The notes beneath the pieces are model-generated. The model saw only the letters and a program-made list of their open reading frames with translations. It was not told where the DNA came from and made no database searches. Of a stretch of 64,000 nt of DNA, positions 1 to 10,606 are shown piece after piece. The DNA is from an uncultured Nitrososphaerota archaeon (GTDB taxonomy: Archaea; Thermoproteota; Nitrososphaeria; Nitrososphaerales; CADDZS01), in contig CAWCYI010000006.1 of assembly GCA_963799845.1 (NCBI GenBank), positions 1,504,001 to 1,568,000 of the forward strand. The letters are read 5' to 3'. The stretch's first letter is position 1, and every line of letters begins with the position of its first letter. A program made the translations under genes and the position numbers.

Positions 1-511
1 CAGCCGAGGAAGGAGGCAGAGGTAAACTCCAGACAGTTACTTCTTCACGGCGAGGAGGCCATTCGAAGCTTTTTAGAAATAAGGGAGGAGGCGCTTGCCT
101 TTTTATCCAACCTCCAGACTAATCCCAGAAAAACAATGCTGGAGCTTTCCACGCGGCTCGCAGAAGAGCAAGTCAATGATCCGATTGATGCGATGACGAA
201 GCTGTACTTCGAGAGACTCGCAAAATCCATGGACGATCTCAATTTCAGCTATCTCTGAAGTTGAAACTCAGGTCGGAAAAGATCAGGCCAGCAGGTTGTA
301 TGCCGTGCTTTATTTCATAGGAAAGCTGCAGGATGTTATTTTCGAAGGAAGAGATCCGAAGAAACTGGAGGTCCTGAAGGACTTTGCGCTCGAGCTTGGA
401 TTTAATGAAACACTGATTGAAGGGCTCGAAAGAAAGAATGCTGACGACGACTTGCTAAATCTTTTCCGTAACATCCGTCTGATTTACTTGGCCCAGCCAG
501 TATCGCAGTGA
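1..511 (+). CDS. Hypothetical protein, 5'-truncated by window edge, apparent frameshift near 240
   Basis: Frame 1 is open 1-258 (QPRKEAEVNSRQLLL...); frame 2 continues SISAISEVETQVGKDQASRLYAVLYF... to the stop at 511. Confidence 0.45.
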
Positions 512-753
512 CTGCGCAACTGAAGGAATGTCATGGTCTACTAATAACAACAGAACCGGTGTCAGTCAGGAGTAACCCAATCGTGATGCAGCATCAAAGA
601 TCTTGCGCAAGTCAATCTTCCATTTCGGGATGACCACCAGATAGTCATCTCGCTTGATCAAGTGCCCTCACTCGTCACTTGCACCACCAATCAGATGTTA
701 GCAGGATAGATTCGTTCCCTCCGAACTTCTTTAACGCTCAGTCTATTTGGTAC

Positions 754-1115
754 TCACCAACGAAAGTAATAACCCCTCCCTCGGAGTTCGAAATCCAACT
801 CCTGTTTCCTTGCTCTGACATGCCTTGCCGCAGTGAGAACATCTGAGTCAGCCCATTGTCTGAGGTCTTCTCTAGTCAGAGGTTTGGGATGGATGACGAG
901 TTCGAAGGGTGATGATTCGAGGTAATCATCCATTTTCTTTGATCGAGCCTCCTGAGAACCTTCCTGACGTATCCCAACATATTCTTTCAGAGCGGTTCGA
1001 ATGAGAGTAGTTATTTCGGTCCCATCTGCCTTGGCAATAGCAAACGCAGGTCTAGCACAGGTTTGTCCTGCTTCCTGATGTTCACGGGAATGGTCCACCT
1101 AGGTTGAGGACTCAT
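754..1115 (-). pseudogene. RHH/CopG-like DNA-binding protein with a 1-nt frameshift near 1049; paralog of 60144-60497
   Basis: ATG at 1115 gives MSPQPRWTIPVNIRKQDKPVLD, then a shift into AFAIAKADGTEITTLIRTALKEY...RGYYFRW; aligns end to end with 60144-60497. Confidence 0.7.
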
Positions 1116-1212
1116 AGACTAGTTCCCTACGTCCTTTCAGCAGTGCATTGGTGCACTGCATGCATGTGTCGTGTATCCAGGAGGATATCCATGAAAACCA
1201 CCTTCGTCACAT

Positions 1213-1710
1213 TCAGTCTTCGTCGACGTTCAAGAATGATTGGTGAGCGAAAGTGTTATCATAATCCTGTACGATGGCAGAATGTTCACTGTAGCTCGCT
1301 ATCCAGCTCGCTCCCTCCTGTAGCAACCTTTCGACTCCAAGATTCGTTATCTTCCACACACCAGCGTCGCATTTCTCACCGATAGGACGGACCTGCCTTT
1401 TGAGAACTAGCTGCTTTCGCGAGTATTTTATTACAGAATCGACAATGTTCTTCCTTGAACGTGAATAGAGTGCAGCAAGGTCTTCTTCGTTAAGGTCAGG
1501 GAACCACCTTGGGCTTCTCACCTCTCGCAACACCAGTTTCGTCTTAATACCACTAGCCTGAAACTTGGACAGAACGTCTAATATTGGCACTTCGGCGCTG
1601 TTTCTCGCTGGCGCCCTTGACGATATGTTCCTTATCTTCGGACATTGCTGCCTACTGTGGAATGGCGTCTCTTTCAGACGTACTGTATGGATCCCATTAG
1701 AATCGTCCAT
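1213..1710 (-). CDS. Winged-helix protein resembling the Mrr N-terminal domain (no nuclease domain)
   Basis: PILDVL...DLNEEDL...IKYSRKQLV...GVWKITNLG pattern typical of Mrr_N. Confidence 0.55.
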   Translation of the reverse strand: MDDSNGIHTVRLKETPFHSRQQCPKIRNISSRAPARNSAEVPILDVLSKFQASGIKTKLVLREVRSPRWFPDLNEEDLAALYSRSRKNIVDSVIKYSRKQLVLKRQVRPIGEKCDAGVWKITNLGVERLLQEGASWIASYSEHSAIVQDYDNTFAHQSFLNVDED

Positions 1711-2147
1711 CCTTTAGATTCAGAACAGACGGCTGAAAGAAGGGTGGCATTAGCGTTGTCGTCTGGTTCTTCAGGCAACTGGTCTGCAGCCTGTACAAAG
1801 GTCAGCAATAGCCTGTTTTGCATGACCCTTCAGCTGGTTTCGCTTTGAGACTCTGATTCGTCTTTGTGTTGACTTCGAAAAACATCGCTTGTTAGAACGT
1901 GCCACTTCTCCCAAAACGCAAAAAACGAAACGGAAGTCTGTCGCCATTATGCATGTCGATGCCGATTGACTCGTAGGCGTGCCCGGCTTGGCCCCTGTTT
2001 CATCGCGACGACAGACGTTCATTTCATGCGAAGTAGCACGATCGACTGTTGTTCACAATAACACGCTCAGATCGTGCTTGATCTGGGAATTGAAAATTGG
2101 GTCAAAAATTGCATCCAAACAACACTTTTCTTGCTATTGCAATGACC

Positions 2148-2240
2148 ATGTGGACGAAAACGACGACGATGTGGACGCCCTCGACGCATACAGGTTACGA
2201 AACTGACGAATTGGACGGCAAGCTCTAAAACTTGGACGGA
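2148..2240 (+). repeat. Four short direct repeats (TGGACG core)
   Basis: TGGACG at 2151, 2172, 2212 and 2233; ATGTGGACG x2 and TTGGACGG x2. Confidence 0.5.
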
Positions 2241-2261
2241 GCTTTCATCTAGTGATATTGC

Positions 2262-3517
2262 GTGCCGATCGTTTTTGATGATAGAGAGCTTCCCTCTTGC
2301 ACGGCTTATTTGACTCTAAGAAGGGACGACGCGGTCTCAACGCTGCACGTAGGGGCAGGTACTATTTCGAGAACGTGGGCAAAGCTCCTGGAGCTAATGG
2401 GACCTGGAATTGAGGATCTTAAGGAACTTTCCTTCCAGCTCAAGGAGGGCAGGGCGACTGTCGGCGAGGCGCTCGCAGGAATCAAGCTGCGTAACTCCTT
2501 GAAGGATAATGGGATCGACGATCCACTGGAAGTCGACACTATCGTAAAAGCCGCCAGCAAAATTACCAAAGACAAGACGACTAATGTCTCGGAATTGATG
2601 GGCTGCGCCAAAAGGATGCTCGAACTCGAAGGGACGAACGGAGTCTCGTATTCAGAACTAGAGAAGTCATTCAATGACTTAGTTACTAAGAAAGAAAAGC
2701 TGGCGGGGGGGTTGTCAAAGAGCTCAATGATCAAGTTCAACAAGCAGAGTCTCGCAAGAAGATAGCGCTTGATGGTGAGAAGACAACGGAGATTCAACTC
2801 AAAGATTACGTTCAGGCACGAGACGGTCTTAGTTCACTCGGAGTTGACGTAGAAAATCTGCCCAAATTGAGAAACATGCTACTCAATGGCGTCGAAGTTG
2901 ACTTTGATCAACATAAGATGATTACTAACATTTCCAAATCCGAATCTCTAATCGAAGTTATGTCTGATCTCGACAAGAAGATTGAGGTGAAAAAGTTAGT
3001 TGATGCTGGACTAGATCATAAAATAAAGGCTTCCAATCGCGAGTTGGAAGTATTGCAAAACGCTATCACGAATTTGGCAGTCGCAATCAAAAAGTCCAAT
3101 GACTACGTGGAGGAGTTTAGAAAAACTACAGATTCGATCAAGGAACTTGCAGAAACGTCTGTCCAGGGTGCAAAAACTCAAATTAAAGACATTGCCGATT
3201 CCGTAAATACAAATCTAAAGATAGTCAATGCTGCTCTTAATGAAGCTAAACCCGTCATTGAGGAATTCTCCAAGGTAATTGAAGAGGCTGACAAGTCTGC
3301 CGCAGAGATGGCAAAAGAGGCTACACTTTGGCCGCTTCTTCAACTTATCAAGGAGGGCAGCGGGTCAGATGTTGAGGTCAAAACCTCAATGATGCTTCTA
3401 TTGAATGGCTTCGAGATGTGGTTGAGAGCGAAGCCGGTAGTGACGTCAGATATATTGGATTATTCCGAAAAGATCAACCAATGGGCAAGAGATCAGGTCC
3501 CGGCAATTGGAAAGTAA
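2262..3517 (+). pseudogene. Long coiled-coil protein split at a G7 run (about 2705-2711); paralog of 22494-24419
   Basis: Alternative frame after the G run reads VVKELNDQVQQAESRKK...QLKDYVQARDGLSSLGVDVENLPKLRNML and joins ORF 2867-3517; C-terminal PLLQLI..G.G motif shared with 22494-24419. Confidence 0.7.
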
Positions 3518-3641
3518 ATTTCGAGACTTGATTAGAGAGCGCTTTGATCTCTCACCCGAAGTGAAACGGCTTTGATTTAACCTGAGAACAATAACAGAAC
3601 CAAAATTCTGCAGTTTCGCAACCGCTCGTACTCTTTTCACT

Positions 3642-3727
3642 GAAGAGCTCGTTCAAGCTCTGTTCAATTGAATCAGCTTGTTTCACCTTTCTGGAGCTTA
3701 AACAGAGGTCGAATGTAGCTGAACGGA
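3642..3727. repeat. Dispersed ~87-bp repeat, copy 1
   Basis: GAAGAGCTCGTTCAAGCTCTGTTCAATTGAA...GCTGAACGGA; near-identical to 5012-5098. Confidence 0.85.
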
Positions 3728-3894
3728 ACTTGGGCTTCGAATACATTGCTGTATAAGCATGATTCAGAGGGAAGCCTCAAGCCGCTGCACGATCTCGGAT
3801 GTCGCGATTTGAAAATATTATTCCTCGAATTGAGCACCTCGATGCCCGCTATCTGTGCGTCTTTGTCGTACCTCGATCCTAACATCTTCATCAA
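3673..3894 (-). pseudogene. DUF2283-like fragment
   Basis: RYDKDAQIAGIEVLN matches the DUF2283 C-terminal motif; N-terminal half missing. Confidence 0.45.
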
Positions 3895-3976
3895 GCCTTG
3901 CCTCCGAACGAGAATTTCGATTTTCTTGACGAGAAAACCTTAGTTATGAGCGAGCACGAATTATTCTCCGAAGCGT

Positions 3977-4186
3977 TTGGGTAAGGCCTCTCTCGAGCTG
4001 ATTTACAATGAAGTCAAATCTGTGAGTCAAAGGCTCGACTTCTTGGAGCAGGTTGTGGAAGAGATAGTCCTGAGCGACCTGCCGAGGGCACGCCTTCGAA
4101 AGGGCCAAAAAAAGGAGCTCAGGAGCCGGCTGGCCGAAATGAAACGCAGCGAGCGATTCACACTGGATGAAATGAGACGGGCGTGA
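3977..4186 (+). CDS. Putative RelB-type antitoxin
   Basis: 69 aa ending ERFTLDEM, overlapping a RelE-like fragment. Confidence 0.55.
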   Translation: MGKASLELIYNEVKSVSQRLDFLEQVVEEIVLSDLPRARLRKGQKKELRSRLAEMKRSERFTLDEMRRA

Positions 4187-4340
4187 ATACTCTGTATTCT
4201 TGTACAAGAAAGCTCTAAAGTTTCTGGAAGGGCTTCGAAATCAAGAAGGAAAAAAGATAAGAGGTTTTTCAGTCGTATCCGAACACTTTTTCATACTCTT
4301 TGTGGGTCAGAAATATGTCCAAGATTCTGACGATACGTGA
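4177..4340 (+). pseudogene. RelE/ParE toxin N-terminal remnant
   Basis: Frame EYSVFLYKKALKFLEGLRNQEGKKIR resembles a RelE N-terminus, then degenerates; no clear start codon. Confidence 0.5.
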
Positions 4341-4495
4341 ATCATCCACGTCGATTATTGATACGATAATCTTGATCCCCAATTCGAAATCGCGCGCGCT
4401 TGGGTCCTCTCCGCCCTGATATTTGGATTTTAAAGCAGAGCTAGCCGGGAGAAAGGACGAGTTACTTTAAAACTAATGTTGGTGTTGATACTGGC

Positions 4496-4714
4496 ATGAA
4501 AGTAAACGGGCGCAAATATTCTTATGTCGTGACGAAGGCTGAAGACGGCGGATACTTAGCTAAATGCATTGAGCTCCCACAGGTGCATACGGAGGGAGAA
4601 ACTCTTGCCGAGGTGAAGAAGAACATGCGGAATGCGTTATCGCTTGCGGTAGATTATCTCAAAGAGAGAGCGAAGAAAGAGAAAGGAGAAGTAGTGGAGA
4701 TTACCATAAGGTGA
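4496..4714 (+). CDS. hicB: HicB family antitoxin (short form)
   Basis: EDGGYLAKCIELPQVHTEGETLAEVKKNMRNAL motif. Confidence 0.9.
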   Translation: MKVNGRKYSYVVTKAEDGGYLAKCIELPQVHTEGETLAEVKKNMRNALSLAVDYLKERAKKEKGEVVEITIR

Positions 4715-4926
4715 GCCTAAGAAACCAAGACTGGAGACATGTCGTCAAGGCTCTTGGCAAACTTGGTTTCGTTGCGAAGAGACAGTCCGGGAGTCATATT
4801 ATTCTGGAACACCCCGACGGAAGATGGACTGTTGTTCCCAGACATGATCCTATCAAGATAGCCACTCTCAAGAGCATAATCGAGGATGTTGGAATTTCCA
4901 TCGATAAATTCCTCGATCTAATATAG
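4711..4926 (+). CDS. hicA: HicA family mRNA interferase toxin
   Basis: LGFVAKRQSGSHIILEHPDGRWTVVPRH motif; 4-bp overlap with hicB. Confidence 0.92.
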   Translation: MSLRNQDWRHVVKALGKLGFVAKRQSGSHIILEHPDGRWTVVPRHDPIKIATLKSIIEDVGISIDKFLDLI

Positions 4927-5011
4927 TTGTTAGGACATAAGATGTCAATTTGCTATAGGTTCTTTTAATACCAGTTTTCATTAATTCACTAAGAAAAAAA
5001 ATTTTTTGGCC

Positions 5012-5098
5012 GAAGAGCTCGTTTCAAGCTCTGTTCAATTGAAACAGCTTGTTTCATCTATCTATAGCTCAAACAGAGCTCGAACGTGGCTGAACGGA
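5012..5098. repeat. Dispersed ~87-bp repeat, copy 2
   Basis: Direct repeat of 3642-3727 with nested inverted repeats (AGCTCTGTT...AACAGAGCT; TGAAACA-GCT-TGTTTCA). Confidence 0.85.
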
Positions 5099-5284
5099 TG
5101 TGCCTGAACAGAGATACTGTTTGATCAGCGGTTTTGATTCGGGAGTTCTCGAAGGCCCTGAGTAAGGCCTCAACACTCCTGTCAAGGGATTATGGCCTCC
5201 CAGTTCTCAGCCCGAAGCTCGTCGAGTATCTGAGAGAGTTTTTCCGAAATCTTGACGTACTTTGAATCAACAGATTTGAAATTC

Positions 5285-5659
5285 TCACTCGTCGAGTCTC
5301 TTTTCTTTCCCCCAGTCTCCAAATACAGATGCCCATGAGCCGAACCCTTCGAGGGCCTCACGTGCAGGTGTTCCTACCACAATTTCAAACCCTTTCAACC
5401 CAGGCCTCACTCTGGCTTTCTTCGACAAGATGCTCTCGACCAATATGGGTTCTGGGGCATTTTTGATTTCGCTTACAAAATTTCCAAGCTTATCTTTAGA
5501 ACCCTGCGCTAAAATTTTCACGGTACCATCTTTCATGTTCTCGACGAAACCGACTATCGAAAATCGTCTAGCAGTTCTTTCGGTAAAACTACGAAACCCG
5601 ACTCGTTGAACAGTTCCATCCACAAGAATTATCGTGGCAGAAACATCATCGCTTGTCAT
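5285..5659 (-). CDS. acyP: Acylphosphatase; C-terminal helical extension broken
   Basis: GTVQRVGFR...GFVENMKDGTV motif; out-of-frame continuation FKSVDSKYVKISEKLSQILDEL after the stop. Confidence 0.8.
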   Translation of the reverse strand: MTSDDVSATIILVDGTVQRVGFRSFTERTARRFSIVGFVENMKDGTVKILAQGSKDKLGNFVSEIKNAPEPILVESILSKKARVRPGLKGFEIVVGTPAREALEGFGSWASVFGDWGKEKRLDE

Positions 5660-5662
5660 CCT

Positions 5663-5869
5663 TCAACTCTTCCCTTCTTCCCTATGTTCAATTTCGAGCT
5701 CTTTAACCCCCGAGATCAAAAGATCGGATTTCTCCTTTCCTGCACCCCTCAATTCACGAAGCGTCCTGAGAGGAACCATAAGCAGACCCTGCTCGACTTC
5801 GACGAATTCGACTTTGCTTCCCTGCCAAAGACTGTATTTCTTTCTTATTTTCGAAGGAATCGTTACCAT
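5663..5869 (-). CDS. AbrB/MazE/SpoVT DNA-binding protein (orphan antitoxin)
   Basis: MVTIPSKIRKKYSLWQGSKVEF motif; 5' end may be frameshifted (alternative ATG near 5912). Confidence 0.75.
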   Translation of the reverse strand: MVTIPSKIRKKYSLWQGSKVEFVEVEQGLLMVPLRTLRELRGAGKEKSDLLISGVKELEIEHREEGKS

Positions 5870-5956
5870 GCTCTTGATGGTAACCGTTACGATTTACCCC
5901 TTTGGTAACCATGCATCTGTCATAGTACTATACATTTAAGCAAGCTGAATTGGTAC

Positions 5957-6987
5957 TAGTCTGTGGCCCAATTCTCTTCGGTGATAATTTGACTCTTTGA
6001 ATCGATTGAATTGCTATTCGCTACACAGAAAGGAACCTGTTGTATAACATGACTTTCAGCGAAGCTTCGGCCTTCTGGGAGATGAATCTCTTAGAACGAA
6101 GAGCCTCTCCAAGCACTCTTTTGAACGAGGAGAAAATGATCTCTACGATCCACCTCTGACCATATTCCTTGAGCCGCTTCCAGCCTTCCAGCCCGAGTTT
6201 CTTTGTGAGTAGGGTTTCTTGTCTGCGAAGGGGAGAGCCTCTTGCAAGCGTCCCGGCATTTTTCCTGACCTTGATTGCTGGCTCTATTCCCATGTCATCC
6301 AGGACGTTGAAATTCTTTCGTGAATCGTACGTGGTGTCGGCATACGCCTTCTTGATTTTCGTTTTCTTCGACACTTCCTTTACGAGCGGAACGAACTTCT
6401 TCGAGTCGCCAGTGTGCTCAGATGTCACTCGAAAGCCCACGATCTTCTTTGTCTTCTTGTCAGCCATAACGTGCAGCTTGACGAATTTTTTCTTCTCCTT
6501 CGTCCACATTGCCTCTATGTAGGACCCTTTGCTAGTTGTTGAAAGCCCCGTTGAATCGACCACCACAGTGATCGGCTCCGCGTCGTCATCACGCGATTGA
6601 ATTATTATTTCCGAAGGCTTCTTTCCCTTCACGAGACGAACCATCCTCCTCCTTATCTGCGTGAAGCAGATGTCTCGTATAAACGAGATATACTCTGAGA
6701 GCGCGTCAACTGCGCCCTCGACCATCCTGTAAGGAATGTCAAATCCGACCTTGAGAAACGAGAGGAACTCGATGTATGAATTCGGGAAATCAAACGGTCT
6801 TCCAACCTTGTTCTTGTTCATCGAGGTGAGCTCTTTCTTCCACGAGCCTGCAAATCCCAGATCAAAGATGATCCTTCCTCGTTCCACCAAAGACTCGTTG
6901 TAATCGTGCCAGCACATTCCCAGAGGCATGCCTTGTAAGATAAGCAGGAAAGCTGAAAGCTTTCCTTCATGATTGGGCTACAAAGTA
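5957..6987 (-). mobile_element. Complete IS5-family element (IS903-like), 1031 bp
   Basis: TIRs TAGTCTGTGGCCCAAT / TACTTTGTAGCCCAAT (13/16); 9-bp target duplication AATTGGTAC at 5948-5956 and 6988-6996. Confidence 0.9.
6021..6929 (-). CDS. IS5-family DDE transposase
   Basis: WHDYNESLVERG, VVDSTG, KLHV, ADTTYD, YGQRWIVEIIFSSFKR motifs. Confidence 0.92.
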   Translation of the reverse strand: MPLGMCWHDYNESLVERGRIIFDLGFAGSWKKELTSMNKNKVGRPFDFPNSYIEFLSFLKVGFDIPYRMVEGAVDALSEYISFIRDICFTQIRRRMVRLVKGKKPSEIIIQSRDDDAEPITVVVDSTGLSTTSKGSYIEAMWTKEKKKFVKLHVMADKKTKKIVGFRVTSEHTGDSKKFVPLVKEVSKKTKIKKAYADTTYDSRKNFNVLDDMGIEPAIKVRKNAGTLARGSPLRRQETLLTKKLGLEGWKRLKEYGQRWIVEIIFSSFKRVLGEALRSKRFISQKAEASLKVMLYNRFLSV

Positions 6988-7081
6988 AATTGGTACCAGA
7001 AATTTACATCCTTTTGATCCATGAGAATCGAAAAAGCTCACGCTGGCGCAGGAATGCCTAAAAAGAAAATGAGTTCTGAAG

Positions 7082-7258
7082 CTACCGAAGGGAAGTATAG
7101 ACTTCCTTGATAGCCTGTTGAAACTCTCGGTCCGTCAGGTTCCCCTTTCGATATTCATCTTGAAGGAGCTGCCCGACTTGTTCTCTTGATTTCGCTTTGA
7201 CCCAAAGGTCGTTCTGCCATTTCTCTATCCGTGAACTTACTGATATTCCATTTCTCAA
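7082..7258 (-). CDS. Small hypothetical protein (58 aa; below ORF-track cutoff)
   Basis: TTG-start ORF MRNGISVSSRIEKWQNDLWVKAKSREQVGQLLQDEYRKGNLTDREFQQAIKEVYTSLR. Confidence 0.4.
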   Translation of the reverse strand: MRNGISVSSRIEKWQNDLWVKAKSREQVGQLLQDEYRKGNLTDREFQQAIKEVYTSLR

Positions 7259-7560
7259 TCCGCCCTTACCTTCTACGATTTGTCTATTTGCGATATTTCG
7301 CTATCCTTGTATAATGGCCGTATGAGCATTTTAGTCTTCTCTATTTAGTTACTTGAGTCACCAATAGTAGAAGCAGACACGAGTACAGGTCAATATCAGA
7401 CGTCCATTTGAGCGTGAAATACACGTAATTTTCACCGATAAAAGAGAAAAAGTGTCTCCGAGAGTGATCGTACCTGATCTTCTTGTCAAACCATTTTGAT
7501 TCGGTCGATTAGATATACGCATCCGATTCTCTCATGCATTCTAAACAAGTGTAATACGTC

Positions 7561-8205
7561 TTGAGTTCAGTCGAAGAAATCACCGGCGAGATGAAGAGAC
7601 TAATCCTGAAGTGCAGGGCGCTTGAAACTAAACTCGAGCAATCTGTGCCGAAGAAAGCCTACCAGGATGCCATCGCAAAATTGCAGGCCAACATCGACAA
7701 GCTGACCGAGGACCTCCAGCGGACTCGCGACGATCTCGGCCGGACAGAGTCTCTCGGCGGCAGGCTGAACAACCTCTCCACCGTCGTTCTCACGCTGAGC
7801 AATCAGATTTCAACTCAAAACGATGTAATCAAGGGTCTGACGGAGAAGTACCAAGTTCCGCAGGACCTTCACAACAAGGCCCTCTCGAAGATCAAAGACC
7901 TCGAGCAGTCGATCTCGAAAAGGGCTGCAGACTCGGAAGCAGCACGAGCGCGCATCGCCGAGCTTGAGACTAGACTTTCAGAATCTGTCCCCAAGGAAAA
8001 ATACACCAAGCTGATGGATCAGATTTCGGGACTGGTCTCATTCACCGGAGAAAACTCTCTTCTTGCAGAACCGCGGGCCGATCAGCACGAAGTTCCGGGA
8101 GACGCTGTTCTCAACAGTTTCCCGGAGGCCCAAATAGGCCAGGAAATCCTGTCGAGCCTGCCCGAAATTCAGGCATCCGAGAAAGTCGAGACCACCGCTG
8201 CTTGA
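7561..8205 (+). CDS. Coiled-coil hypothetical protein with internal repeats
   Basis: LETKLEQSVPKKAY / LETRLSESVPKEKY repeat; TATA-like GATATATA upstream. Confidence 0.7.
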   Translation: MSSVEEITGEMKRLILKCRALETKLEQSVPKKAYQDAIAKLQANIDKLTEDLQRTRDDLGRTESLGGRLNNLSTVVLTLSNQISTQNDVIKGLTEKYQVPQDLHNKALSKIKDLEQSISKRAADSEAARARIAELETRLSESVPKEKYTKLMDQISGLVSFTGENSLLAEPRADQHEVPGDAVLNSFPEAQIGQEILSSLPEIQASEKVETTAA

Positions 8206-8499
8206 AACCGATACCCAGTATCTAGTCAACAAAGTTCATACGAATAGATCAACTTTCGTTGATCTAGTCACAAAATATTCGTTGGCCTGTAAACACCTTC
8301 ATCAAGAGTAGTATTTCCACTCGAGGTCTTGAATTCTTAATGCGATTCCTCCCTTTGACAGAAAAGAAGGCACTTTCTTCAATTCAGCTGCAAACTTTTG
8401 TCCCTTTATACGGAGAAAAAAAGTTGTACACCCCTTCCAAAAACGTATGATTAAACACCTACCCTGTATCTTACTCAATTGAAAGAGATCTGAATCGAC

Positions 8500-8838
8500 A
8501 TGTCCACACAAACCGTTTTGGGGATTCCGCAACCTACCGCGGTTGCGCTAAGTTCGATCTCGAACTTTGGAAGTTTTGAGATGCTGCTCCACCACCGAAG
8601 GAGACGTGAGGTTCGCTCTCAACAGGTCATCATGGTTGCAATTCTTGAGGCGTGCAGGACACCAACTGTGCAACACTGGATTATGGTAAAGGCACGACTG
8701 GGATACGATACTTTCCGAAAACACATGAACCAACTTGTTTCGCTCGGCATGATGAATACCCTGAGCGACGGCAACAAGACCCTGTACTCGATCAACGACC
8801 GGGGCCTTTCTTTGCTTCAGCAGCTATCTGTAGAGTAG
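8500..8838 (+). CDS. Winged-helix transcription regulator (archaeal HTH_45-like); start may be 8581
   Basis: RS..V..AILEAC...IMVKARLGY...YSINDRGLSLL pattern. Confidence 0.75.
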   Translation: MSTQTVLGIPQPTAVALSSISNFGSFEMLLHHRRRREVRSQQVIMVAILEACRTPTVQHWIMVKARLGYDTFRKHMNQLVSLGMMNTLSDGNKTLYSINDRGLSLLQQLSVE

Positions 8839-8953
8839 GAATGCCGCGGGCTGAAGCATGGATTCAGCACACCAATACAGGATCAATTCTCCGATTTATT
8901 CATCCAAAAACCGATCATTTAATACACCGATTTGCCCGTTTTGAAGACGAGAA

Positions 8954-10096
8954 ATGCAATCTGACGAGAAGCTCGTCTCTACTTCTCAGCAGCAGGGCAG
9001 TCGCGCTATCAAGCAATCATTCTCCTCGCTGGTGGACGCGATGCGGTTTGCCTACCAAAAAGAGCAACTGGAAGGCCGGGTCAGCGACATCGAGTCGAAA
9101 TCGAAGAAAAGTCTCGACGATCTCGGCGAACTGAATGGGAAAATTCGAGCTTTGGTAGAGTCGCTGGGGGATGAAATTAGCAAGGATACCCTCTCAGAAC
9201 TTTCAACTCAGATCTCCGGATTTTCTCATCTAGCTATCGAACAGACAAAGACCAAATTGGAGCAGAAAATAAACGCGGAACTTTCCGGTTACCGGGCTTC
9301 CCTCGATTCTGAGATAACGAAAACCCGAAAAAGCATTGAGGCATTCATCGCAACTTCTCCCTTCCAGGTTTTAGACAAGGTACTGAGCGTGAAGCTCGTG
9401 GACGGCGCATATGATGCGAAAGGCGCGTACAGATGCGCCGACGACATCCAGTACGAATTTTCTTACGATACCAAGAAGAGCAGAGTCTTCAGCAAGGAGT
9501 TCAGGCTTTCAACCTTCGAGCGGGATTTTCGCGTCCCGATATCAATCGGCAAGACCTGGCTCCGGAGGGATCAGGTTCCTGATTACGAGCGGATTGACCA
9601 ATACGCGCTCGTTTCCGCCGAATCTTCGGAGTCGAATTTGATCGTGATTTTCAAGCACATGGAAAAAGATTCTAGCCTTCGGGTAGTTTATTCAAAGCAC
9701 GACTCGCACGCTTCCCTGTCGATAGTCTATTCAGATTCTCAGAGGACGGTTGACATTACTTCGACTCCGAGCCTGAACCGCTTTCTGGACTCTGAACCGC
9801 TGGAAAGAACGATGGACCGATTGTGGCTTTCGATCATCGATCTTGAAAACTACAAGGTCGGTCTTACTAAATTAGTTTCAGAAGATGTCAACGTCCTCGA
9901 CAAGCTCGATTGTTTTGAATTCTTCGCAAAATCCTGGCGGTTGATTGCGCCCAAAGTAATACAGGAGATGAAATCATCCGTCGATTCGCAAACGTCGGAT
10001 GAAAAATTGACGGTCCCGTTCGCCCTTGAAAGAGTCGGGCTACTCGGGGAGAATGCCGATCCTATTTTGGAAATTCTCGAACTCAACAAAAGTTAG
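8954..10096 (+). CDS. Hypothetical protein (N-terminal coiled coil plus beta-rich domain)
   Basis: 380-aa ORF with TTTAATA upstream; no family recognised. Confidence 0.7.
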   Translation: MQSDEKLVSTSQQQGSRAIKQSFSSLVDAMRFAYQKEQLEGRVSDIESKSKKSLDDLGELNGKIRALVESLGDEISKDTLSELSTQISGFSHLAIEQTKTKLEQKINAELSGYRASLDSEITKTRKSIEAFIATSPFQVLDKVLSVKLVDGAYDAKGAYRCADDIQYEFSYDTKKSRVFSKEFRLSTFERDFRVPISIGKTWLRRDQVPDYERIDQYALVSAESSESNLIVIFKHMEKDSSLRVVYSKHDSHASLSIVYSDSQRTVDITSTPSLNRFLDSEPLERTMDRLWLSIIDLENYKVGLTKLVSEDVNVLDKLDCFEFFAKSWRLIAPKVIQEMKSSVDSQTSDEKLTVPFALERVGLLGENADPILEILELNKS

Positions 10097-10103
10097 AGAA
10101 ATA

Positions 10104-10412
10104 TTACTCGCGCCTGTTATTCAGCTTCCACGATAGGGCCGACGCAATCTCTTGCTTTGACTTGCCGTTTGTATCGATCCCTTCGCGCTGCGCCGCTTCG
10201 ATCAACGGGTCGGGTGAAGTTGTCTCGGTCTTTGGGACAGCGACCTGAACTTTTGCACTCTGGCTATCTTCAAAATTTCCCTTCATTGCTTTGTCAAATT
10301 CCCTTCTCGCAGTTCCGAGAGATTTCGCAAATGCCGGAATCCGGCCCGCTCCAAAGAGAAACACCACCGCCGCAAGTATCAAGACGATTACTACTGGATC
10401 ATCAAAGCCCAT
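10104..10412 (-). CDS. tatA: Twin-arginine translocase TatA
   Basis: One TM helix then FLFGAGRIPAFAKSLGTARREF. Confidence 0.92.
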   Translation of the reverse strand: MGFDDPVVIVLILAAVVFLFGAGRIPAFAKSLGTARREFDKAMKGNFEDSQSAKVQVAVPKTETTSPDPLIEAAQREGIDTNGKSKQEIASALSWKLNNRRE

Positions 10413-10606
10413 GATTCCATTCAGGCATAAATTTTGTATTTAGGCATTTTCCCAAATCAAAATTTCCTGATATGATTCATTCTCACAGGTCAAATTCGAC
10501 ATATTTTTTCTACATAGAATTACTTAGTATTGGGTCAACAAGCCGTTTGGTTTTGGGCTAGATTCTGGCATGACGATATATAGTACCGAACTACCCTGCC
10601 GTTCTC

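Noticed and set aside
3642-5098. Repeats as integron attC sites
   Set aside because: Arm order is GTT...AAC, not RYYYAAC...GTTRRRY; flanking genes are not co-oriented and no integrase is present.
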